64,000 bases of DNA, taken from assembly GCA_033286805.1 (NCBI GenBank), contig GCA_033286805.1_4727.1. One strand, given 5' to 3'. Positions 41,858 through 49,857 of this stretch are shown piece by piece. The notes beneath the pieces were generated by a model that worked only from the letters and a program-made list of their open reading frames with translations, was not told the DNA's origin and searched no databases. Source of the stretch: a phage. The first letter of the stretch is position 1; each line of letters opens with the position of its first letter. The position numbers and the translations under genes were made by a program.

Positions 41858-41908
41858 CTTCTTTCCTTTAATAAACGATCATCGTCATATTCATTGCGCA
41901 GGACGCTA

Positions 41909-43162
41909 TCACTTCGGAAGCTTAGACACCGCCATGCTTCGCGCCATCGCAACGTCATACGCATCCATGATTGCATCACCGATAGCGGTATGACGGATCA
42001 ACGGAATACCCATATCTGGATACTCTTTGGTGCCTAAGATGGATACCGGTTTGTCTTGATATGCGGCAATCATCGAACGAATATCCTGAACCTGGTTATA
42101 ACGGCAGATTGGTTTGAAGCCTGCCTTACGGAACCAATGTTCTAATTGAGGCCAATCTGTTTCACCACGAGCAAGATAATAGAAGGTATCCTTACCGTAG
42201 TAATCAGTAAGCACATCACGAATTGTGTTAACAAACACGTTTACTTCGGTGATGGCTTCTTTATAACCCACCACCTTACAATGTTGAAAACAATAGTCAC
42301 GCGCTTCCTTCGGTGCTTTGGTTTGCCACCATTCTACTGTTGATTCACTGATGCGACCACCGTCAGCGATTTGACCATGAATGTCAGGGAAGATATCTAT
42401 ACGCGGGCCGTTAATAACAGATTCTGGGTTAGCTAGATCGAAGAACACCATACCGATTTCCAGCAGTACCCCGTTCTTTTCCAGACTGAGATTCTCAACA
42501 TCCAGACAAAAAGCGGGCTTCTCTACCGTTGAAAAATCAAAGCGTCCCTCATATCGTGGTGCTAGCTTAGCACCAAGGAACGTCTCTTGGATGAACTGGG
42601 AGAATGTTATATTCTCTGCTACTAAATCAATACCCAATTTACTTAGCAAAGGTATAAGTTCACGGTAGTTCTGCTTAATTAGCAACATTACTTGGTCGTT
42701 GACACAACAACTAATTGAGTAAAAGATATAAAAGATATCTAACGGTTTGTATGGAGCCTCAAAAATATGTTCCTGGAACGATTGGGCCAGCGCTTTATGT
42801 GTTTCCTCACGATGATTCATCAGTCGGTAAATAGCGCAACGCAGATAATGTCGAAGTGTTATCTCGTGAAGATGCGACGTATCTTCTTGAAATAACGTCA
42901 TGAAACCGTGATACGTATAATACTCTCCTCTTTTAATTTCTTCGTGGAGTTCTTTGTTCCCCTTTATTTCTTCTGGTGTTATCGGGTCGATCTGATCATG
43001 GATAATGTTGAGTAGATCGTCGCTGTGTACCTTAAACAGTTTTTCAGCGTCAAGATTAGGTAATGTCGCAATTGCTGCGTACATTAATGTTTCTGCGGGA
43101 TTAAGTTCTTTATTGTCGATTGTGATGGTTAAAGCCATTTTATTATACCTCATCGAAATCAA
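41909..43162 (-). CDS. putative 3'-5' exonuclease-domain protein
   Basis: 417 aa; C-terminal half has DEDDh-like motifs (FCLDVENLSL; IRHTAIGDAIMDAYD); N-terminal half unassigned. Confidence 0.45.
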   Translation of the reverse strand: MISMRYNKMALTITIDNKELNPAETLMYAAIATLPNLDAEKLFKVHSDDLLNIIHDQIDPITPEEIKGNKELHEEIKRGEYYTYHGFMTLFQEDTSHLHEITLRHYLRCAIYRLMNHREETHKALAQSFQEHIFEAPYKPLDIFYIFYSISCCVNDQVMLLIKQNYRELIPLLSKLGIDLVAENITFSQFIQETFLGAKLAPRYEGRFDFSTVEKPAFCLDVENLSLEKNGVLLEIGMVFFDLANPESVINGPRIDIFPDIHGQIADGGRISESTVEWWQTKAPKEARDYCFQHCKVVGYKEAITEVNVFVNTIRDVLTDYYGKDTFYYLARGETDWPQLEHWFRKAGFKPICRYNQVQDIRSMIAAYQDKPVSILGTKEYPDMGIPLIRHTAIGDAIMDAYDVAMARSMAVSKLPK

Positions 43163-43163
43163 A

Positions 43164-43505
43164 TTAGTTCAGTTCTGGTTTATTAGCAGCCAGACCAAGT
43201 CCAGCTAATATCACGTAGTCGTACCAAGTTTTTACTTTTGCTTTCGCTTCATCTAAACTATCTGCGTTGATGTGCTGAAACTCATCGTTGACTGGGAAAG
43301 GTAAATCGCAGTCGTAGCTGGTATAATCCTTCCAACCTTTCCATTCGATAGTTAAAGAACCAAAAACGGTCTCAGCGACAACATGGTTATAGCGACAGTT
43401 TTCACATGGCGTACGCTCTTCCGACCAAACAAGCTCATGCTGCGCTAAAAGTTGTTGTACGACCGATAACGGCTGCTCTTCATTAAGTTCGATACTGTCT
43501 ATCAT
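43164..43505 (-). CDS. hypothetical protein
   Basis: 113-aa ORF. Confidence 0.45.
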   Translation of the reverse strand: MIDSIELNEEQPLSVVQQLLAQHELVWSEERTPCENCRYNHVVAETVFGSLTIEWKGWKDYTSYDCDLPFPVNDEFQHINADSLDEAKAKVKTWYDYVILAGLGLAANKPELN

Positions 43506-44098
43506 CGCATACCCTCCTTTTCCTTATCGTAATCACTGCAAATATTGACAAACGCCGTATTATCAGACAGCCTGCTGACCATCTGACGGATTGCGGCCAA
43601 CGGTTCAAGTTTAGGATTGATTGATTCACCGGTCAACGCGCTTATCGCTCGTGTGATCTCAACCAAATCAACGTTCGGGTCTTTGTCATCAATAATGAGT
43701 AAACTCTTCGCCGGTTTCTGACGACGTTTGATGATCAACAAATACGTGATGAGGTTCTCACGCCAAGCGTCAGAATCCAGATTGCGTATCAGGGTTAACG
43801 CACGACGTTCTTCCGCCCACGATGGTTTCTCACGGATAACAGGCATGTAAGATAATTGCTCAGCAAGCCCTTTCAAGCTGACACGGTTGGTGCCGCCAGG
43901 ATGCTCGCTAATCCGCAACATCTCGGTTAACAGACGGACATAGGCGGCTGTTGTCGAAACACCCCTCAGCGGCAGAAACACATTATGTCCTGGAACCCCA
44001 TCGTGACTCAGCGGTGCGATATACGCCATGAATCGCCGAATATCATCATCGGTCTGTTCTCCAGCAACGAACTTAAACGCTTCACGTAAAACGCTCAC
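43502..44098 (-). CDS. hypothetical protein
   Basis: 198-aa ORF. Confidence 0.45.
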   Translation of the reverse strand: MSVLREAFKFVAGEQTDDDIRRFMAYIAPLSHDGVPGHNVFLPLRGVSTTAAYVRLLTEMLRISEHPGGTNRVSLKGLAEQLSYMPVIREKPSWAEERRALTLIRNLDSDAWRENLITYLLIIKRRQKPAKSLLIIDDKDPNVDLVEITRAISALTGESINPKLEPLAAIRQMVSRLSDNTAFVNICSDYDKEKEGMR

Positions 44099-44384
44099 TA
44101 TGAAGTCTCCTTAATGTTTCTTGCATACGTAGTCTCTCCGGCAGGTACAGACGTTTGTATAGATCAATTAACAGATAACGCATAACAGAAGCGACCACCA
44201 GGTATTCACCTTCAGCTTCCGAATAACGTATCATGTTAATTGGGTAATTCAAATAAGAATAAGAAAAGAGATCATCGTTGGTAAGGTGATGATCTTCAAG
44301 ATACTGACGAAACAATTTTGCTAAGGCATCGTACTCCATTCCGTAGTAACACAACGACACCTGTCTTGCAGATAGTCGTTTCAT
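44082..44384 (-). CDS. hypothetical protein
   Basis: 100-aa ORF. Confidence 0.4.
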   Translation of the reverse strand: MKRLSARQVSLCYYGMEYDALAKLFRQYLEDHHLTNDDLFSYSYLNYPINMIRYSEAEGEYLVVASVMRYLLIDLYKRLYLPERLRMQETLRRLHSERFT

Positions 44385-45223
44385 GCTGGGTTACCTTTTA
44401 GTTTTCCACGTAACATGTCGACAACGCGTGAGGGATCAGAAATAACATTGGCGATAAGATGATCGATAGGTAGGTCGAGAATGATATTCTTCAGCTGGAA
44501 AGCCGTATCTTTACGACGCACGCCGTAGAACACGCCATCTTTAAACACAACCTCGTACGAAATGGGGAGCTGGCTAATAACCGTGTTAGCGTAATCACCC
44601 AACCACATCGACCCCGCCATCAGATGCGCACAAACAGCATGACTAATACGCACATCTTTGTTCTTCCGGTTAACGTCTTTGGTTTTCGACATGGTAACCA
44701 GAAGCTCACCGATCTTACTCAGCATATCGTCGTATACCCCAAAGAACTTAATCAGTTGTCGGGCACCTAACGATATATATGTTTCTCGTGGTAAGACACA
44801 ACACACCTGCGGTAACGTTCCAACACCATAGACACAACTGTGTGGTGATAATGGAAGCAAATCAGCAACCGCGTTCTTGATGTTGTTATACTCAACGATA
44901 TCGTTGAACGGTGAAAGACCTTTCGTAATCGGTTTATCAATCGCCACATCGAACTCCGCGAACGTCCATGCTGCTTTACGCGGTTCCCCTTTCTGGTACG
45001 GTGGAGCCAGTACCGCGACAACACGAAGTCGATGTTCATGGGTATCACGTAGCTTAAGTTGGATACCCTCACCGTCACCCTCACGCACAAGTGAGTAGCG
45101 GCTTGCGCAGTCATCACATACCACCGTTGGTTCGTGTTGACCGTATGCTGCAAGCATCGGTTTACTAAGATCTTTATCACAGTGTTTACAGCGATGATCC
45201 TGTTCCTGATAACTGATTTTCAC
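44381..45223 (-). CDS. hypothetical protein with N-terminal Cys4 zinc-ribbon-like motif
   Basis: CKHCDKD ... CDDC near the N-terminus; 280 aa. Confidence 0.5.
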   Translation of the reverse strand: MKISYQEQDHRCKHCDKDLSKPMLAAYGQHEPTVVCDDCASRYSLVREGDGEGIQLKLRDTHEHRLRVVAVLAPPYQKGEPRKAAWTFAEFDVAIDKPITKGLSPFNDIVEYNNIKNAVADLLPLSPHSCVYGVGTLPQVCCVLPRETYISLGARQLIKFFGVYDDMLSKIGELLVTMSKTKDVNRKNKDVRISHAVCAHLMAGSMWLGDYANTVISQLPISYEVVFKDGVFYGVRRKDTAFQLKNIILDLPIDHLIANVISDPSRVVDMLRGKLKGNPA

Positions 45224-45238
45224 ACCGAGACCCCTTTG

Positions 45239-46195
45239 TTAATGCAAGACACGATCTGCTGGAATTATCGAGGCATTGCTGTCGGACAGATTCGTCGCTT
45301 TACGATCAGGACTGAATCGACGAGCGTTCTCTTCATGGTAGTTGACGGGGTTATCCTGTTTTAACAGTTCCATTGCCTCATCAAACGTTAGTTCCCGAAA
45401 TCCTCTTGGATAGAGGAACAGGGGTTCATCAACATCCAGCCCTTTAACAAACCCGTGTGACAACCAGACGCTACCATCAGCACTGTAAAGAACCGGCTCA
45501 ACGTCATAATCCAAGACGTATTGATACCAGTAATTAAACAGTTGGGCGATCCATCGATTACGTAATAAATAATCGATTACAACCGCACTACGCACGCTGT
45601 GGCACCAGCCGATCTTACCATCAACTTTCTGCAACAACGTACCCTCATTTGCTTGATGAATAACCGCATTAAATAACCACGCGAGATCGGTTGCGAAAAG
45701 TGCGGCTTCTTGAATATCGCTAATGTAACGCACGGGTATCGTCAGATGCGTGCGGTAATGCGACATCGCCTCTTCGTAGTTGTCTCCTTCGATGCAGAGA
45801 GTCCCGTTTGGTGACAGATGTCCCTGATTCAACGACTGACCAATATAAAGATCAGCGATCGCGTTAATATATTCGACGGTGCCCAAGGTTAACTCAGACA
45901 TAAAAGAATCGACATCAACAGCCATCGATGTGCTGGAAACAAACGGATTGGTTGGGCGAGTTGTATTAGAGAAAATAATCGACCAAATCGCTTCGTGTTT
46001 TTCATCCGATGGCATAAACGAAATATGGCGTTCCGCGCTATTATCGACAACAAATACCTTTACGGTTTTCAAGCAGTTAGTACAAACATAGCACGTGTTC
46101 GGCAACGGCATATCCGAAAACATATCGTAACGAATAGATGCCAGCGAAATGTCATGTCCGCAATGAGGGCATGTCGTATCAATAAGCGTTTTCAT
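45239..46195 (-). CDS. hypothetical protein with N-terminal Cys4 zinc-ribbon-like motif
   Basis: CPHCGHD ... CYVCTNC near the N-terminus; 318 aa. Confidence 0.5.
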   Translation of the reverse strand: MKTLIDTTCPHCGHDISLASIRYDMFSDMPLPNTCYVCTNCLKTVKVFVVDNSAERHISFMPSDEKHEAIWSIIFSNTTRPTNPFVSSTSMAVDVDSFMSELTLGTVEYINAIADLYIGQSLNQGHLSPNGTLCIEGDNYEEAMSHYRTHLTIPVRYISDIQEAALFATDLAWLFNAVIHQANEGTLLQKVDGKIGWCHSVRSAVVIDYLLRNRWIAQLFNYWYQYVLDYDVEPVLYSADGSVWLSHGFVKGLDVDEPLFLYPRGFRELTFDEAMELLKQDNPVNYHEENARRFSPDRKATNLSDSNASIIPADRVLH

Positions 46196-46425
46196 TATTG
46201 AATTCCTTTTGATAAGAATAACTGAATATCGGTAAACTGTTCTTCAGGAACATCGTCAGCAGCCGTTAGAACCTTAGAGCCATGTTCATTGAGGTAAGCT
46301 TCCCGTAGACAACGATGACGTCGATTGGCTTCCTGGAACTCAGTGTCCGTCATGTAAACCAGCGTAAACTTCGAACGTTTATTCGGATTGTATCTCTTAT
46401 TACGTTTCTTTGGTTTCTTCGCCAT
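46195..46425 (-). CDS. hypothetical small basic protein
   Basis: Start taken at MAKKPKKRNKRYNPNKR because the longer ORF runs into the upstream hairpin; coordinate approximate. Confidence 0.4.
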   Translation of the reverse strand: MAKKPKKRNKRYNPNKRSKFTLVYMTDTEFQEANRRHRCLREAYLNEHGSKVLTAADDVPEEQFTDIQLFLSKGIQ

Positions 46426-46438
46426 AATAGCCTCGTGA

Positions 46439-46464
46439 AGGTGGATGGATACACCCATCCACCT
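46439..46464. terminator. stem-loop
   Basis: AGGTGGATGG / CCATCCACCT 10-bp stem immediately downstream of gene 46474..46995. Confidence 0.4.
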
Positions 46465-46473
46465 TCCTCCATG

Positions 46474-46995
46474 TTAAAGTGCGTTCAATTCTTCAGGTGT
46501 ACGTACAGTACGCGTGTTGGGATCAACCATTGCTGGCACACCCGCTGGACATTTACGGACATCGATCCGCATCTCCGGTTCGATCGGACGAACGCGATAC
46601 GTTTTGCCATCATCGGTTAACACCGAAATGGTCAACGCTTGGTTCAATTCACTAACGAAGTTCACCAAACGTTGTTGTCCGCCCTTCGACCAGAAGTTAA
46701 GATCGGTTTCTCCATTGAAATAACTGATTCCATCAGCGGTTCCAATCGTGATTTTAACGATACCCGGATAGTCACGAAGAAGAGGTGCCTGATAACCTTC
46801 ATCTTCCGTATCCAGTTTTACCCACACGCCTCCCGTAGACAAACAGTTAACTTCCAAGGCGGTTGGTGCGCTGACTTCCGCCGATGACCAGGTATACATC
46901 GTGCCTAGTTTAGCGTGTCCGGTTTCCAGCTCGCTGTAATCCCAAGCATGTGCTGATGCCGTAACAAATAAAGCCGCAAGAAACAACTTTTTCAT
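46474..46995 (-). CDS. hypothetical secreted protein
   Basis: Signal peptide MKKLFLAALFVTASAHA; 173 aa. Confidence 0.5.
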   Translation of the reverse strand: MKKLFLAALFVTASAHAWDYSELETGHAKLGTMYTWSSAEVSAPTALEVNCLSTGGVWVKLDTEDEGYQAPLLRDYPGIVKITIGTADGISYFNGETDLNFWSKGGQQRLVNFVSELNQALTISVLTDDGKTYRVRPIEPEMRIDVRKCPAGVPAMVDPNTRTVRTPEELNAL

Positions 46996-47050
46996 TCTTT
47001 TCGATTCCTATTAAAAGTGACCGATTTCTGTGGTCGAGATTGCTAATAAA

Positions 47051-47512
47051 TTAATTCCGGTTTTGTTTCCGTATTGCACGGTTACGTTTACGTTCTTGGT
47101 CTTTGACTGTACCAAGAAACTTCTTTAATTCTGACGGTTCGAGTGTACCCTCACGTACCACACCGTTTTGTTCGATATGGTACGACCAATAACCAACTTC
47201 AGCCGTTAAGGATAACGTTGTCGGTTGTTCGTCAGGTAACGATCGGGGTGAGAAAATAAAGAGTAATTCAAAAGGCGTTTCTCGGCTGATGGTGGGACGG
47301 ATACTAACGTCAAGACCCTCCCATCGCTGAGGTTTAAATATTCCTCCAGCAGCAATGATTGTCTCCGAGCGTTGATCTACAAGCTCGGCTAATTCACGAT
47401 CATCGTTGAAATAAATATCGTGAAGAATATCTGTGTCGATAAAAAACCCGCGTTCCAAATCGTGACGAACAATGGAATTCTTCATTCTGCTGCCTTTGTT
47501 GTTTGTTTTCAT
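47051..47512 (-). CDS. hypothetical protein
   Basis: 153-aa ORF with basic C-terminus. Confidence 0.45.
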   Translation of the reverse strand: MKTNNKGSRMKNSIVRHDLERGFFIDTDILHDIYFNDDRELAELVDQRSETIIAAGGIFKPQRWEGLDVSIRPTISRETPFELLFIFSPRSLPDEQPTTLSLTAEVGYWSYHIEQNGVVREGTLEPSELKKFLGTVKDQERKRNRAIRKQNRN

Positions 47513-47561
47513 GTCCTATACGAACACGAAAAACCGTTAATTTTTACCATAACCACATGCG

Positions 47562-47837
47562 TTAAAATTCCACACCGCGACCCGTCATCGACGAAGGAAC
47601 CGCGCGATAATAGAAGTAGATGTAATGGTCACGATGGCTAAAATAGTTTTTGCAAGCATAGAACTCTCCAGATCCAATGAATGATTTAATACGTGTAACT
47701 TGAGGGTGTCGTGCGATTAACGCCTGTATGACGATTTCCATTTGGTGTGCGCTCAAACCAGGTCGAGCTGCAACATGATAATGAAGCTCCCTAAGAAATC
47801 GTTTCCAGGGATCAGGTTGTGTCGATGATCGAGACAT
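47562..47837 (-). CDS. hypothetical protein
   Basis: 91-aa ORF; ATG verified at 47835-47837 with AAGGAG upstream. Confidence 0.4.
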   Translation of the reverse strand: MSRSSTQPDPWKRFLRELHYHVAARPGLSAHQMEIVIQALIARHPQVTRIKSFIGSGEFYACKNYFSHRDHYIYFYYRAVPSSMTGRGVEF

Positions 47838-47874
47838 CTTTATCTCCTTAACGGTTGCTGGTAACGCGGCATAA

Positions 47875-47894
47875 ACCCTCCCCGAAGGGAGGGT
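47875..47894 (-). terminator. stem-loop terminator
   Basis: 8-bp stem ACCCTCCC / GGGAGGGT with CGAA loop; TTATGCC follows on the minus strand. Confidence 0.45.
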
Positions 47895-47903
47895 GATTAA
47901 CGA

Positions 47904-48461
47904 TTACTCCATCCATACTTCTTCGTCGTAATGATTTTCTATCGCATTACGCCAAAAACGCACGGTGTCCAAACTAATCGGCGCATAAAAATGCTGATCA
48001 ACGCCGACATTAAGTCCGTTGGCCTTCGCTAACATACAGCGATGAATATGACCGAATAGATTGAAGTAGCCTGGGTTTCTTTCGCTGGGCTTATGGCATA
48101 GCCAGTAGGATTCGTCATTGCTAATCGGCAACACCAACGGATGTTCATAAACCGCAGCAAACCCCATACCGAGCAATTTATCACGCCATGCTTCAAAGCT
48201 TAATCCTGTTGCTTTGTATGCGTCTTCGTCCCAATTCCCCAATACCAATTGAACCTGGATATCAGAACGAATGGCTTCCACGAACTCGAACTTACCCCAA
48301 TCACCTAAATGCCATAACACACTGTTCTTTGGAAGCTTGTTGATGGCTTTCAGCATATGCTGGTTCATATCGGCGACGCTTGCGAACGGACGGCGTGAAT
48401 ACGTCCATGTACGCTCGCTATCAAAATGGGTATCCGACATAAAGAAGATGGACGGGGTCAT
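47904..48461 (-). CDS. calcineurin-like metallophosphoesterase
   Basis: Ordered motifs FMSDTHFD, LWHLGDWG, LVLGNWDE and FGHIH match the D-x-H / GD / GN-[HW]-D/E / GH-x-H phosphoesterase signature. Confidence 0.65.
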   Translation of the reverse strand: MTPSIFFMSDTHFDSERTWTYSRRPFASVADMNQHMLKAINKLPKNSVLWHLGDWGKFEFVEAIRSDIQVQLVLGNWDEDAYKATGLSFEAWRDKLLGMGFAAVYEHPLVLPISNDESYWLCHKPSERNPGYFNLFGHIHRCMLAKANGLNVGVDQHFYAPISLDTVRFWRNAIENHYDEEVWME

Positions 48462-48940
48462 TGATCTAATTGCTCCAGAAATGCACGACCCGATTTACTT
48501 GCTTTTAAATGCTGTTCTGCGGAAGTAAGCAGAAGATCGGTTGGTGTATATGCAGCGCTACCTTTCCACGCTGTTTTCAGTTTACCCTTTTCGATACTGA
48601 ACTGAATCAGTTGTTGGGTACCGAAGTTAAGCGTGTTCGTCGCGGCGCTAAATACACCACCCATCATGCTGTAACCAAAGACTTTCACGTTTTCCGTGTA
48701 GAAGTCATTGTCGATCAATTTGTTCTGGAGCTCGAGTTGGTCGGACGGCAGCAATCCCCCATCGAAGACGCTTAAAATACCAGCCAGGCGATACATACTC
48801 ACCTTTCCTGAAACGCCCACCACGTAGTTGCCGTACACGGTTTCTTCCAGTTTAGCAACAACGGTGCGATCGTCGGAGGTTTTCATCGAAACCTCAATAC
48901 CATCACCAACTTCTGTTAACGTTAAATCAACGATACTCAT
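48458..48940 (-). CDS. hypothetical protein
   Basis: 160-aa ORF; 4-bp overlap with the downstream gene. Confidence 0.45.
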   Translation of the reverse strand: MSIVDLTLTEVGDGIEVSMKTSDDRTVVAKLEETVYGNYVVGVSGKVSMYRLAGILSVFDGGLLPSDQLELQNKLIDNDFYTENVKVFGYSMMGGVFSAATNTLNFGTQQLIQFSIEKGKLKTAWKGSAAYTPTDLLLTSAEQHLKASKSGRAFLEQLDQ

Positions 48941-48962
48941 TCATTATTCTCCGCTTTCATGT

Positions 48963-49649
48963 TTAACACATGATTTCACCATGTTTCTTTTCAACATACG
49001 TATAAACGTCATCCAAATAAGCAATGAGTTTATCACGATCCGCACAGAGCGATTTAATCATCGCAATCTCTTTCATATAAAGCTGCTGACCTAACGCCGG
49101 ATAGGTAATCCAAGCGTAGCCGTCAGGCGCAAATTTAGAAATAAGATAATCGGCGGTTTCCTGTAATGCGAACTCTTTGCTCATCTGGCCGTAACGATGT
49201 TCGATTGCACGGATACCAAAACGTTCGCTATCGAGACGACCCATATCCGCCAGACGAAGCACCTGAGAAGCAACAGAACTACGTGGACCAGAGTGCGAGG
49301 CACGATGTTCAGCAATAAGTACGCGTATCTCCTCGATGTCTTCCGGTGTGAAAATATCCTGCTCGTTACGAAGCAGGATAACCGATGCACGAATACCACC
49401 GATAAGGTGGTGGTATGTTCTGTTTTCGTGGCAAGCGATATCATGCATAAAAGCAGCGGTTAATAGACGACGACGTTCCGTGGGTCTGATGATCCCAACC
49501 ACATCAGCAAGTTCATTTGCCAGTTCAACAACAGCAAGCACATGTTCTTCTTGATGTGCAAGATCGTTCTTCCGAATATTTTCAATTACTTCAGCGCGAG
49601 TTTCCTGAGATAAGAAATTTAAACAATCCAACGAATATAAAGATTTCAT
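48963..49649 (-). CDS. HD-domain phosphohydrolase
   Basis: His ... His-Asp pattern (HQEEHVLAVVELANEL ... AAFMHDIACHE) typical of the HD superfamily; first gene of the minus-strand run. Confidence 0.55.
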   Translation of the reverse strand: MKSLYSLDCLNFLSQETRAEVIENIRKNDLAHQEEHVLAVVELANELADVVGIIRPTERRRLLTAAFMHDIACHENRTYHHLIGGIRASVILLRNEQDIFTPEDIEEIRVLIAEHRASHSGPRSSVASQVLRLADMGRLDSERFGIRAIEHRYGQMSKEFALQETADYLISKFAPDGYAWITYPALGQQLYMKEIAMIKSLCADRDKLIAYLDDVYTYVEKKHGEIMC

Positions 49650-49689
49650 CGCACGTACCTCTTTGAATCTATTAATAAATTTTCTTTAC

Positions 49690-49714
49690 TCACGTAAGTA
49701 ATATAGCCGTGAAA
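49690..49714. promoter_or_regulatory. conserved 25-bp intergenic motif, copy 2
   Basis: TCACGTAAGTAATATAGCCGTGAAA in the divergent region between minus gene start 49649 and plus gene start 49858; matches 21748..21772. Confidence 0.3.
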
Positions 49715-49793
49715 GGATTTGTGTTGGTCCGTTTCGATGCCCATCGTATTTTATGGATTGTCGAATGACGTCATTTTAAGGGACATCCCCGGC

Positions 49794-49829
49794 CTCCTCC
49801 CCAGGAAAGGTGTGGGGAGGAGTTTTTAT
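49794..49829 (+). terminator. terminator-like hairpin with T tract in the divergent region
   Basis: 9-bp stem CCTCCTCCC / GGGGAGGAG followed by TTTTTAT on the plus strand, ~30 nt upstream of the helicase ATG (49858). Confidence 0.45.
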
Positions 49830-49857
49830 CATACATTCTATTAAATCGAGCGCGATT

